DNA of 64,000 bases from Nitrospinaceae bacterium (lineage in GTDB: Bacteria; Nitrospinota; Nitrospinia; Nitrospinales; Nitrospinaceae). Made by a program: the position numbers and the translations under genes. The notes below the pieces were generated by a model. That model was not told where the DNA came from and ran no database searches. It worked only from the letters and a program-made list of their open reading frames with translations. The DNA lies in the NCBI GenBank assembly GCA_965223665.1, contig OZ245011.1:1408001-1472000 (forward strand), given 5' to 3'. Below are positions 50,724 to 60,515 of this stretch, in pieces. Position 1 is the first letter of the stretch. Each line of letters opens with the position of its first letter.

Positions 50724-50865
50724 TCTATATATAGAACCCACTTGCTATTTTTTTAGAGTACATTCAGGTAATGCGAAACTTTGGGGCGGGAGGATTCCAC
50801 CTGAAAGGACCAGGCTTTTTCCTGAAGGGTTTTGTCCGCATGGGTCACGCGGTTGTGCTGGCGCA
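50724..50865 (+). repeat. 142-bp direct repeat, copy 1 (copy 2 at 51661-51802)
   Basis: TCTATATATAGAACCCAC...GGTTGTGCTGGCGCA, differing mainly in a short central patch. Confidence 0.85.
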
Positions 50866-50922
50866 AATACTCGGCCCAGGACTCTAAAGCTCAATTATTA
50901 AGGAAATTTAAGTCTTTAAAGT

Positions 50923-50957
50923 AAAAAAAAAGGACCGGTCATTAAACCGGCCCTTTT
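50923..50957 (-). terminator. Rho-independent terminator of the cold-shock gene
   Basis: Minus strand AAAAGGGCCGGT-TTAATG-ACCGGTCC followed by a long T run. Confidence 0.75.
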
Positions 50958-51019
50958 CTAAAAATCAGGGTAAAAACTCAAATTAAATAACAAGATTACA
51001 AGAGTAAACCTTGTAATAA

Positions 51020-51220
51020 TTATATGGCAGTAACCTTAGTGGCACATGGTCCTTTCTGACCCATACCTTCTACAAATTCAACCAATTGACCCTCAACAAG
51101 AGTTTTATAGCCGTCGCCTAGAATTTCTGAAAAATGCACAAAAATATCCTTGCCGCTTTCACACTGAATAAATCCAAACCCTTTGCTTTCGTTAAACCAT
51201 TTTACTGAACCTTTAGACAT
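51020..51220 (-). CDS. Cold-shock protein (CspA family), 66 aa
   Basis: [18 protein letters not shown]...DIFVHFS RNP motifs; start at 51220 with GGAG RBS. Confidence 0.95.
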   Translation of the reverse strand: MSKGSVKWFNESKGFGFIQCESGKDIFVHFSEILGDGYKTLVEGQLVEFVEGMGQKGPCATKVTAI

Positions 51221-51660
51221 AATAATCTCCAAATATTTACGAGCATAAATTGGCGAATGCTCGCACAAAGCATGCTCTTTATTTTTAATGGGGCTGAATT
51301 TAATCAAGAAATTCTAGGAGGAGTACTTCGAGAAAAAACTAACAATTCTTAAACTACAAAACCAAGCGGCTTTTACAACGTACCAAAAGAAGAGAAACTT
51401 GAAGGAATCAACTAAATTTTAATCTATACAACCCAAATGACATAAGAAGATTAGCATCAAAAGAGAGGAAACACAAATTTATTTTTCATAAGGATAGCAT
51501 TACTGAGATTATGATTATCCAACCGGCCTCCAATTTTAAAACAAAATAGGTTATTCTGAATAAAAACTATTGGGCGCCAGATTATTTACTGTCGAATTTT
51601 CCACCAATTCAGGGGAGTTAATCGATTTTCTTCCTCCAACATTTTCTTCTAAAGATTGCC

Positions 51661-51802
51661 TCTATATATAGAACCCACTCGCTATTTTTTTAGAGTACAT
51701 TCAGGTAATGCGAAACTTTGGGGCGGGATTGGTTGATGTGAAAGGACCAGGCTTTTTCCTGAAGGGTTTTGTCCGCATGGGTCACGCGGTTGTGCTGGCG
51801 CA
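51661..51802 (+). repeat. 142-bp direct repeat, copy 2
   Basis: Matches 50724-50865. Confidence 0.85.
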
Positions 51803-52143
51803 GGGGCTCGGCCCGGAAATCCCTGAAGGTGAATCCCCCGCAGCGTGACGCTGCACCCAGACTTTATTTGCGATGTGTTTACTTGCTAACGGTAACATTA
51901 AAATTTTTTCTTTCATTTCTTTCAATTAAACAAAGCCCCTGGAGGAAAAATCCCCTTAGCCCCCTTCATAAAGGGGGAACGCATCGCTCTCTCACTCAGT
52001 AGTTTTTTTCTGAAGGCAAACTTTACTTTTGAAAAGGTTCTGGCGATTTTGCGTTCACTATCAATCATCGGAAATATAATATTCCCTCCGGGCGTGGCCC
52101 GTGCAGCGTCACGCTGCTTCACGGCGAGTGAGTCATCGAGAAT

Positions 52144-52779
52144 TTATGTTCCCACCGGCCGGGGGCCGAGGCCGGGGCCGTCGAGGGAATTGAGTTTCAC
52201 GATTTCTTCTATCGGTCGGCGAGCATCCCGCGGTCGCGGTTCGTTTTTCTCGTAGCCTAAAACCAAAAGCATGACCGGGATCACATTGGGAGTCAGTTTC
52301 ATCAATTTGGAAGCCGCTTTCGGGTCGAATCCGATCATCGGGCCGGTCGCCCAACCGCGATTTTTCGCCGCGTACATTAAAGTCATTGCCGCCATGGACG
52401 CACTGCGAATGGCTTCGTCTCTCTGCAACTGGTCCTTGCCTTCGTAAAATTTTTCAATCATGGGAAACATGCCTTCCCGCACTTCCGCGGGTGCGTTCTT
52501 ATGAATTTCCGGCGCATCTTTGTAAGCATCCAGTTTGCCGCACACCAGGAACGCCACCGAGCAGTCTTCCACTTGCTGTTGTCCCCAGGCCGCTTCTTTC
52601 AATAATGTTTTCTGCGCAGGATCTTTGACCGCGACAAAAGTCCAGTGCTGGAGGTTGAACGAACTGGGACTCAACACCACCTCTTCAAAAAGTTCTTTGA
52701 GTTCTGCATCACTGATGGTTTTTTCCGGGTCATACGATTTAACACTGCGACGCTGCTGAATAATTTCTGAAAATTCCAT
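52144..52779 (-). CDS. Nitroreductase family protein
   Basis: RRSVK.YD, SPSSFNLQ.W.F, GWATGPMIGFD. Confidence 0.92.
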   Translation of the reverse strand: MEFSEIIQQRRSVKSYDPEKTISDAELKELFEEVVLSPSSFNLQHWTFVAVKDPAQKTLLKEAAWGQQQVEDCSVAFLVCGKLDAYKDAPEIHKNAPAEVREGMFPMIEKFYEGKDQLQRDEAIRSASMAAMTLMYAAKNRGWATGPMIGFDPKAASKLMKLTPNVIPVMLLVLGYEKNEPRPRDARRPIEEIVKLNSLDGPGLGPRPVGT

Positions 52780-53019
52780 GATAGTTTCCTTATCTCTTTT
52801 TTATATTAAGGTGAATCACCCCAGCCCTCTTTAGTAAAGAGGGGGTACATTCACTTCCGTTTTATAATTTTCTTCTAAAGACAAACTCAACTTAGGCAAA
52901 GTTTCTGAGCGTTTGGTTCAATTAATAAATCATCGCAAAATTAAACTGCCCCTGACGGCGAGTCAGTCATCGAAAATTAATATTGGGTCCACGTCACGCT
53001 GCCCTTCACGACGTTTGAG

Positions 53020-54045
53020 TTATTTTTTTGAAATTTCTTTGTAGGTGTTGGGGATGTTAACTCCCGAGTGCACCCAGCCCCAAAGCGCGTAACCCTGAAA
53101 CTCTTTCATGGTGATTTCTTTTTGTGCCAGCTCCAAAGACGTGCCGCTTCTCACCGCATAGTCAACTTCGTCGTGAAGTTTTTCCAGGTACTTGATGGTG
53201 AAATCGAGATCGGCCGGTTTCACCGGAACGCCATGACCGGGAACCACGGTGGCATCCTCCGGAAGAAAAGCTCTCACCTTTTTCATCGTCGCTAAAACTT
53301 CCTGAAGTTTTCCATCCAGTAACCAGGGCAGCGCCGGCGGCATGGCCACCAACGGGTTGCCGGTCCAGAATACTTTTGCGCCCGGAACCCAGACAAACAG
53401 ATCGCCTTCCGTTTGTGCAAACCCCATGTGCATGATTTCTACTTTTACATTTCCCAGGTCGATGTTTTTTTTATCATCGACAATGATGTCTGCCGTTCGC
53501 GCCACCACATCTTCAATCCCGCGGTTAGCACCGAAGTACTGCACCATGAATTTTTTATCCGCTTCAAACCCTTTTTGATTTTCCATGAACTCTTTGGTCT
53601 TGCTGTGCTGAATGATCTTTGTCGATTTGGGAAACACATAGTTTCCGTAAGCGTGGTCGCCGTGGTAGCTGGTGTTGATGACATAGAGGATCGGTTTTTT
53701 CGTTACCTTTTTCACAAAGCCCATGACCTGGTCTGCCAACCGTTTGTTCACCATGGATTCGATGACCAACACGCCTTTGTCACCGATCACAAACCCGCCG
53801 GAGGTGGCAACGGGATAGCCTTTAGGATTTTTTTCTTTCGCATCGGTCGGGTAAAGGGCATACACTCCTTTGGAAAGTTTTTCCATTTTTAGTTGAACCG
53901 CTCCGGCATCCCAAACCAGTTGCTGCTTTTTTTCTTTCTTCGCCTCGGCATGACTGGATGAAACCGCAAAGAGAAAGGCCAACGCTGTGATGTATAAAAG
54001 TAATCCTCCAAAAGAAAAACTTTTTTTTGCATAATCCATTTTCAT
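53020..54045 (-). CDS. Secreted MBL-fold metallohydrolase (cyclase-like)
   Basis: Signal peptide; INTSYHGDH..GN, T.GD..VW.P, VVPGHG. Confidence 0.85.
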   Translation of the reverse strand: MKMDYAKKSFSFGGLLLYITALAFLFAVSSSHAEAKKEKKQQLVWDAGAVQLKMEKLSKGVYALYPTDAKEKNPKGYPVATSGGFVIGDKGVLVIESMVNKRLADQVMGFVKKVTKKPILYVINTSYHGDHAYGNYVFPKSTKIIQHSKTKEFMENQKGFEADKKFMVQYFGANRGIEDVVARTADIIVDDKKNIDLGNVKVEIMHMGFAQTEGDLFVWVPGAKVFWTGNPLVAMPPALPWLLDGKLQEVLATMKKVRAFLPEDATVVPGHGVPVKPADLDFTIKYLEKLHDEVDYAVRSGTSLELAQKEITMKEFQGYALWGWVHSGVNIPNTYKEISKK

Positions 54046-54109
54046 GATCCCTTCCCTTTGCTTTTAAGTTGGTTGAGTTTAAAAAATTTTTGATGATTCT
54101 GCATTAACC

Positions 54110-54670
54110 ACCGATCATCGCGAATAAATATTGCCCGCGGCGGTTCGCCGCAAAACCCCTGGTGGTCAATCACCCCAGCCGCGGCCCCCGGCCGCTGGGA
54201 ATATTCATTTGCGATGTGTTTACTTGCTAAAAGCATCTGCAGAAACTTTTCGAATATTGCTGCTGCTTCCAACCGCCAGGTTGGGAAAGAGGGAGCACAT
54301 CGACTTCCGTTTTCTAATTTGTTTCTAAAGACCAAATTAACTTACGAATAGTTTCTAATGATTCTTCAATGTCTATTGATCATCGAGAATTAAATATTCC
54401 CTCCGGGCGTGGCCCGGAAATCCCCCTAACCCCCTTCATAAAGGGGGGACGCATCGTTTCCCCCCTCATCAGTTTTTTCTGAAGGTAAACTTAACTTACG
54501 AAAAATTTTTCTTGGTACGGCTTACACAGAAACTCATCGAAAGTCAATTTCGCCCCTCACGGCGAGTGAGTCATCGAGAATTAATTCTGCTGCGGGCGCT
54601 GGCCCGCTGCCTCTCACGGCGAGTGAGTCATCGAGAATTCATGTTCCCACCGGCCGGGGGCCGGCGAGTG
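54110..54670. repeat. Dense cluster of dispersed repeat modules incl. tandem CACGGCGAGTGAGTCATCGAGAATT
   Basis: Several module types seen elsewhere in the window; CACGGCGAGTGAGT repeated. Confidence 0.8.
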
Positions 54671-54672
54671 AG

Positions 54673-55464
54673 TTACTCGCCGTACAAGGGATAGTCCACG
54701 GTGGCCGGGACTTCGATGATGGCCAGGCGAAAGCTTTTCTCCGAGTCGGCTTTAAAGGAAACGGTTCCCTCCGCTTTCGCATGGACCACGGCAAAATCTT
54801 TTTTCTGAACAGAGTCCTTGCGGCCATTGGCTTCGTCCTGAATCAAACCGCTGCCTTCGATGACCACAACCGCCAGAGAATAGTTCTCCTTAAGATCCCA
54901 GGTGAACTGGTGATCGGAAGCAATGGTAATATCTTTCATCACCACTTCGGTTTTAATCGAAACCGGACCGCCCTCGCCTATCACCGATTTAATGCTGACG
55001 CCTTCACGCGACTCCACCGGAAACGCTTCCGGAGACAACTCGCGATAGGTCGGAGTCTGGTGCATGGTCTCGCTCAAGTTGGGATCGAACCAGATTTGAA
55101 AAAACTCGTTGTGCTCGCCCAACGTCTCTTCTTCATGCGAAACGCCGGAACCGGTTTGCATCACCTGCGCGCCGCCGGCTTTCACGCGGCTGCGATTGTT
55201 CAGCGTATCGTAATGGCCGATCTCACCTTCCAACGCGTAACTCATAATTTCAAACGCGCGGTGCGGATGCAGTCCAATTTTTCCATAGCCCTTCGCCGTG
55301 GCCCAGGCCCAGTAGAACAGCGGGCCGACGTTGGACACATACGGACCTTCTCCCGGAAAGGCAATCGGTTTGGTCTCGGTGATTCTTCCCCCGTCAAACT
55401 GCCCGATGCCTTGAACATCGGTGGGGTAAATTTTTATATCCAAGGCTGTCGTGTCTTTAATCAT
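54673..55464 (-). CDS. Pirin family protein
   Basis: HPH..FEI.SY...G.I.H.D, QVM.TGSGV.H.E, FQIW. Confidence 0.9.
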   Translation of the reverse strand: MIKDTTALDIKIYPTDVQGIGQFDGGRITETKPIAFPGEGPYVSNVGPLFYWAWATAKGYGKIGLHPHRAFEIMSYALEGEIGHYDTLNNRSRVKAGGAQVMQTGSGVSHEEETLGEHNEFFQIWFDPNLSETMHQTPTYRELSPEAFPVESREGVSIKSVIGEGGPVSIKTEVVMKDITIASDHQFTWDLKENYSLAVVVIEGSGLIQDEANGRKDSVQKKDFAVVHAKAEGTVSFKADSEKSFRLAIIEVPATVDYPLYGE

Positions 55465-55476
55465 GACTTCGTTCCT

Positions 55477-55902
55477 TTATTTTACAAAATTGATTTCCAA
55501 CTGATGACCGTCGGGATCTTGAAAATAAACGGAAACACTTTTTCCCCAATCCCGCGGTTTGCCGTCCAACTGTACACCGGCCTCTTCAAGACCCTGCAGG
55601 GTGGCATCGTACCGATCATAAGAACCGTCGAACGCAAAGTGCAGGTAACCGTCCTCGGTCATCGTTTGGTGCGCCGCTTCCAGATCCAGGTCGGGCGATT
55701 CAAACAGAGCGATGGCTACGTTGCCGGCGTCCACTTCAATGTGCTGCTGTCCCGCCTTCGTCTGCGTTCGCATTAGAACCGGAAATCCCAGTACCTCGGT
55801 GTAAAATTTTTCGGCGCGTTCCATATTTCTAACGTTCAATGCAAAATGGCTGATTCCATTCAGTTGAACTTTGGGTTTATTTATTGTTGTTTTGGTATTC
55901 AT
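55477..55902 (-). CDS. VOC/glyoxalase family protein
   Basis: HFALNV.NMERA..FY..VLG; HFAF; VYFQDPDGH.LE. Confidence 0.9.
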   Translation of the reverse strand: MNTKTTINKPKVQLNGISHFALNVRNMERAEKFYTEVLGFPVLMRTQTKAGQQHIEVDAGNVAIALFESPDLDLEAAHQTMTEDGYLHFAFDGSYDRYDATLQGLEEAGVQLDGKPRDWGKSVSVYFQDPDGHQLEINFVK

Positions 55903-55963
55903 TATGTCCTCCCTTCAGTACGGGAATTTAAATTTTTTATAAATCTTAATAATCTGAAACCGG

Positions 55964-56112
55964 AAACCCATGTGCTCCCTCTTTTCCAACCTGGCGGTTG
56001 GAGGCAACCGGGATATTCAAACGTTAGTCAATAAAAAGACCGCAATAAACTTTGCGGAAATTTTATTTCCCAGCGGCCGGGGGCCGCGGTCGGGGTGATT
56101 GACCGCCTGGGG
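55964..56112 (+). repeat. 149-bp inverted repeat, left arm (right arm 56886-57034)
   Basis: The reverse complement of 56886-57034 is identical by manual comparison. Confidence 0.9.
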
Positions 56113-56336
56113 CTTTTAAGTCTAAGGAAAAATCCTCCTAGCCCGCAGCGTGACGCTGCACCCGGAATTAATCCTCGATGAGTTTCGGTAGATTCCATGT
56201 TACCAGAAACCTCGCGGAAATCTCGGTTGCCTCCAATCGCTAGATTGGGAAAGGGGGGACGCATCAACTTCCCTTTTAACATTTTCTTCTAATAACTTTG
56301 CATTATATATAGAACAAACTCAACTTGGCAAAGTCA

Positions 56337-56564
56337 CTACCTACTATGCGTTCCGTCGCAAAATGGAGAGTTTCCGGTTTTTCCACAACCACAGATGGCG
56401 ACCGTTTTCGCTTCGGTTATTTCCGCTGCGGCGGGAGACTTCCCCGTGTTTTTCGTTTCGTGCGACCCGTCACAGTACGGTTTGTTGGCCGACTCGCCAC
56501 AGGTGCAATAATGTTTGGTTCCCGGGGTTTCATCAATCACATGCGGTTCATTTTGGTAAGCCAT
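56337..56564 (-). CDS. CDGSH iron-sulfur domain protein (two CDGSH motifs, MiNT-like)
   Basis: CTCGES.NKPYCDGSH and CGCGKT.NSPFCDGTH. Confidence 0.92.
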   Translation of the reverse strand: MAYQNEPHVIDETPGTKHYCTCGESANKPYCDGSHETKNTGKSPAAAEITEAKTVAICGCGKTGNSPFCDGTHSR

Positions 56565-56612
56565 CTCTCAACTCCATTTCAAAGGTTTAAGTTTCGATGT
56601 CACTCATAGTAG

Positions 56613-56628
56613 AGCAACACCCGTGCCA
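56613..56628 (-). promoter_or_regulatory. Sigma-54 (-24/-12) promoter
   Basis: TGGCACGGGTGTTGCT on the minus strand matches TGGCACG-N4-TTGCW; about 50 bp upstream of the CDGSH gene. Confidence 0.85.
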
Positions 56629-56695
56629 AACCGATGGGCTTATCATAACCCTTTTTTTTATGAAGAGTTAGCGCGATTCCGACCGACGGTTGATT

Positions 56696-56790
56696 ACTAC
56701 GGTTTTACGTAGTCTACTGTTTTCAGTAGCACTGTTACGCAAAACCGTATATAATAATGAGCAGGCATACCAGGATCTTTGCGTAACAGT
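56696..56790. promoter_or_regulatory. Candidate enhancer (UAS) palindromes for the sigma-54 activator
   Basis: ACTACG-GTTTTA-CGTAGT, CTACTG-TTTT-CAGTAG, and inverted pair ACTGTTACGCAAA / TTTGCGTAACAGT, 70-160 bp upstream of the promoter. Confidence 0.55.
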
Positions 56791-56885
56791 AACTATGGAA
56801 CAAAACACAATAAACTTATAGAGATGACCGATGTGCTCCCCCTTTCATGAAGGGGGCTGGGGGGATTTTACCTTATTCTTAAAAA

Positions 56886-57034
56886 CCCCAGGCGGTCAAT
56901 CACCCCGACCGCGGCCCCCGGCCGCTGGGAAATAAAATTTCCGCAAAGTTTATTGCGGTCTTTTTATTGACTAACGTTTGAATATCCCGGTTGCCTCCAA
57001 CCGCCAGGTTGGAAAAGAGGGAGCACATGGGTTT
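56886..57034 (-). repeat. 149-bp inverted repeat, right arm
   Basis: See left arm; diverged copies also at about 39213-39343 and 43497-43610. Confidence 0.9.
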
Positions 57035-57061
57035 TCAAATTTAAATTCAGGAGACCTTCAA

Positions 57062-58510
57062 GTGGGCAAAACGTTCAGTCCAAAGAGCACACTCAAACTC
57101 GCCGAGTTCACCATTCAGCAATCCGGCGATGGCATTATCTTCCATGATTGCCAGGGAAACATTTTAAAAGCCAATCCCTCGGCGTGCCGATTGTTCGGCT
57201 ATTCTGAAAAAGAGTTTACTCAACTGTCGGTTCGAGACATCAACCCGCAATCCACTAAAAAGTCCTGGCAAAAGTTTTGGAAGGATCTTAAAAAATCCAA
57301 AACACAATCCTTTGAAGAGTTGCATCGCTCGAAGGATGGAAAAGACATTCCTATAGACGTCACAGTGAACTTTTTGGAATTTGGTGGAGAAGAATTCGCC
57401 GTCTCCTTTGTTCGCGACATCACCTGCCGCAAACATATTGAGGAAGAAAAAGAAAAAGCCTATGCAGAAATTTGCCGACTGCGCGGTCAACTGGAACTGG
57501 AGAAAGAATATCTCTATGAAGAGGTGCAGGAGCTTCAGTCCTTCGGCAACATCATCGGCAAAAGTCACTCGCTGCAAAACATTTTACAGCAGATCCAAAT
57601 GGTCGCCTCCACCGATGCCAACGTTCTGATCACCGGAGAGTCCGGAACCGGCAAGGAACTCATCGCCAACGAAATTCACAAACAAAGTCCACGGTCCACG
57701 CGATCTTTGATAAGAGTCAACTGCGCTTCCATTCCCAGGGAACTTTATGAAAGCGAGTTCTTCGGCCACGTGAAGGGCGCGTTCACCGGTGCCATTCGCG
57801 ACCGGGTGGGACGGTTTGAACTGGCCAACGGCGGCACGCTGTTTCTGGATGAGGTTGGAGAAATTCCGCTAGACCTGCAAAGTAAATTGCTGCGCGTGCT
57901 GCAGGAAGGCACCTTCGAGAGAGTGGGCGAAGAAAAAACGTTGACCACCGATGTGCGAGTGATCGCCGCGACTAATCGAAATCTGAAACGAGAAGTGGAA
58001 CATGGAAACTTTCGCGAAGACCTGTTCTATCGCCTCAACGTGTTTCCGCTGGAGGTGTCTCCTTTAAGGGAACGCAAGGACGACATTCCTTTACTGGCCA
58101 GCCACTTTTTACAAATCGCGCAGGAGAAATTCAATCGCAAAGGAATCCAGTTTTCCAGAGCGAATATGATCACGCTGGAGAATTACAACTGGCCCGGCAA
58201 TATTCGGGAACTGCAAAACGTCATTGAGCGCGCGGTGATCATTGCTTCGTCCAGTAAGCTGGTGTTGGATTTACCCAAAGGTCCGGCTGCGAAAAAAGTT
58301 TCTTCGCGCAGTCCCGCCGGGCAATCGCTGGACAAAGTGATGACGTTTGATGAGATCAAGCATCTTGAACAGAGAAATATTCTTAAGGCACTGGATCAAA
58401 CGCGCTGGAAAATTTTCGGCAAAGACGGCGCCGCCGAATTACTTGGAATTCCCCCCACTACTCTAACCACCCGCATGAAGCGGATGGGCCTGACCAAACC
58501 CACCGAGTAA
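57062..58510 (+). CDS. PAS-domain sigma-54-dependent transcriptional activator (Fis-type HTH)
   Basis: PAS (AC.LFGYS..E); Walker [47 protein letters not shown] start at 57062 after AGGAG preferred because the upstream extension is repeat DNA. Confidence 0.92.
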   Translation: MGKTFSPKSTLKLAEFTIQQSGDGIIFHDCQGNILKANPSACRLFGYSEKEFTQLSVRDINPQSTKKSWQKFWKDLKKSKTQSFEELHRSKDGKDIPIDVTVNFLEFGGEEFAVSFVRDITCRKHIEEEKEKAYAEICRLRGQLELEKEYLYEEVQELQSFGNIIGKSHSLQNILQQIQMVASTDANVLITGESGTGKELIANEIHKQSPRSTRSLIRVNCASIPRELYESEFFGHVKGAFTGAIRDRVGRFELANGGTLFLDEVGEIPLDLQSKLLRVLQEGTFERVGEEKTLTTDVRVIAATNRNLKREVEHGNFREDLFYRLNVFPLEVSPLRERKDDIPLLASHFLQIAQEKFNRKGIQFSRANMITLENYNWPGNIRELQNVIERAVIIASSSKLVLDLPKGPAAKKVSSRSPAGQSLDKVMTFDEIKHLEQRNILKALDQTRWKIFGKDGAAELLGIPPTTLTTRMKRMGLTKPTE

Positions 58511-58581
58511 CGATATAGCCTTCCCTTTTGCGATAGGTTATAATTTCAAATAAGTTGTCATTAATCAGATATCGATCCAAA

Positions 58582-59043
58582 ATGAGTTATTACAATAGGC
58601 TAAGACCTTTCACACAAACAGAAGCTTGCGAATGCGATCAAATCACCGGCCTTTTGCTCGTCTACATTCTCACAAGAAATCCAATACACTGTATCCAATG
58701 TAAAAACGAAATTGACCCGGAAAGACTGAAGTTATCTGCAAAGATGGTTGATAAAATTGCGGATTGGAATCGAGCCTATGGCTCTCTCTACGAATTGTGG
58801 TTGGATTCCGGAGAATATGAAATTTGGGCAGAACAAAAGCTTCTCGATCCAAAGGGTCAGGGGAATACTCAAGGAATGGCAATAGTCAAAGAGCTATCCG
58901 ATCAATGGCCGACTTACTTTTGGTGGTTTGATGATGCGGCGATGGATGGGGAAGCAACCTTTTGCCCTAATTGTGGAGAAAAACTGAGCGAGGAGACTAT
59001 TTTTGAAAAGAAAAAATGCAAACCCTGTCGAATAATTGTTTAA
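58582..59043 (+). CDS. Zn-ribbon protein, DUF2310-like
   Basis: P..C..C, LWLDSGEYE.WA..L, C-terminal CP.C...C..C. Confidence 0.6.
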   Translation: MSYYNRLRPFTQTEACECDQITGLLLVYILTRNPIHCIQCKNEIDPERLKLSAKMVDKIADWNRAYGSLYELWLDSGEYEIWAEQKLLDPKGQGNTQGMAIVKELSDQWPTYFWWFDDAAMDGEATFCPNCGEKLSEETIFEKKKCKPCRIIV

Positions 59044-59171
59044 CGACAGCAAATTCCACCACAAAGCAACGAATGATATATAATATAGAAGCATTAGAAA
59101 TAAAAAGGGAACGCCTTTAAGCTGACTTCTCTCACTTAAATTATTAACCACAATACCGATTCATAGCCGCT

Positions 59172-59948
59172 ATGGTGATTTACTCTCTCGTCGCGTACGC
59201 GATTATCATTGTATCCGCAGGATTTTTAATCTGGAAACGCCAGCATGAACTTCCGGTGTTTGTGAACGGCATGATTCCCGCGATGCCCACAACTGAATCG
59301 TTAGCCGAGAGTGGGTCGACGGTCTACCTTTTCTTTTCAGATACCCACGAAGAAGATGAGAACCGGGATATTTTTCGAGGCTTTGCGAATGATAAGGGTG
59401 TGGTCCATACCACGTTGCCCATCTCCAGCGTGGGCCGGCCGGTCACCATTCGCATCCGGCATGACGGTCTTACGTTTGAAGACACGGAGATCATTGTTAA
59501 AAAACACGGTTTGTTTTTCACGGCACGACTGAAGCGGGACCAGCCGGGCGATCAACCTGTCGCGGGTTCGCAGGTTAAAGACCTGGCCGCCCATTTTCGC
59601 AGGTCCAACGTTATTATGGAAAGACTGCGAACGAACGCACTCGGCCTCGCCCAAACATTACAGCTAAAGGTCAGTTTTGTTCCGATTCTTTATTGGCTGA
59701 TTTTTTACACCATCCTGATCGTGGGCTTCGCTCTGGATTACTGGATGAACAGCGGCTCTTTCAGCTCATCCTTTGAGTCGCTCTGGCACGCCACTTATTT
59801 CAGCGTCGTCACCATCACCACACTGGGATACGGAGATTTATACCCAACCACCGATTTAATGAGAATGCTGTGCTCTGTGGAATCGGTATCAGGGATCGTG
59901 ATCATCGGGTTATTTTTAAATTCTTTGGTTTATGAAAATCGACCATAG
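59172..59948 (+). CDS. Potassium channel family (2-TM pore) protein with N-terminal extra domain
   Basis: YFSVVTITTLGYGDLYP selectivity filter. Confidence 0.85.
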   Translation: MVIYSLVAYAIIIVSAGFLIWKRQHELPVFVNGMIPAMPTTESLAESGSTVYLFFSDTHEEDENRDIFRGFANDKGVVHTTLPISSVGRPVTIRIRHDGLTFEDTEIIVKKHGLFFTARLKRDQPGDQPVAGSQVKDLAAHFRRSNVIMERLRTNALGLAQTLQLKVSFVPILYWLIFYTILIVGFALDYWMNSGSFSSSFESLWHATYFSVVTITTLGYGDLYPTTDLMRMLCSVESVSGIVIIGLFLNSLVYENRP

Positions 59949-60131
59949 CTTTTCTCCCACAAATTGTTACAATAGCGGAATATTGAGAAGTGACAATTCT
60001 GGCTTCTCTTCAAGATGCGTTTCCGAGTTATTTCAGTTTTGATCCTGGTTTACTTAAAGATTTAAACGGTTCAGATCAACAGGGATTTGAACAAAGTTTT
60101 TTTTCGATAATTTTAACTAAGGAGAAACATT

Positions 60132-60338
60132 ATGGCTGCAGACAAATTTCATCTGACAAAAAAAGGCGACGAATGGAGGCTGGAAAAAGCAAAATCCAAC
60201 CGCCCTATCGTAAGAGCGAGCACCAAGAAGGAAGCGATGCAGAAAATGATGAAGTACATGGCAAATCGCGATGGTTCCGTTCGCATTCATAAAGAAGACG
60301 GCAAGATTCAGGAAGAACGCACCTACCACAAAAAATAA
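60132..60338 (+). CDS. DUF2188 family protein
   Basis: H+....W.......R......TK.EA......V.IH..DG.IQEERTY pattern; AAGGAG RBS. Confidence 0.8.
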   Translation: MAADKFHLTKKGDEWRLEKAKSNRPIVRASTKKEAMQKMMKYMANRDGSVRIHKEDGKIQEERTYHKK

Positions 60339-60515
60339 ATCCCAGGGAGAGTAATAGATTACTGCACTATCCGAAAGTGCCCCACAGGAAACAAACAGTC
60401 CGGCATTATTTTGAATGAAATTTTCCTGAGTTGTGGGGCTACTTTTGGTTGAAAATAATCATTTTTGCTTCTAACCCCGTGCGGACTTGAGCTGAATACC
60501 CACTAAAATCAAAAA

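Noticed and set aside
49625-55776. Long antisense ORFs (49625-50581, 54781-55776; similarly 25621-26406, 34938-35612)
   Set aside because: Opposite-strand shadows of better-supported genes, with no recognisable motifs
56978-57061. N-terminal extension of the sigma-54 activator given in the ORF track
   Set aside because: Mostly encoded by the inverted-repeat arm; AGGAG plus GTG at 57062 is the more plausible start
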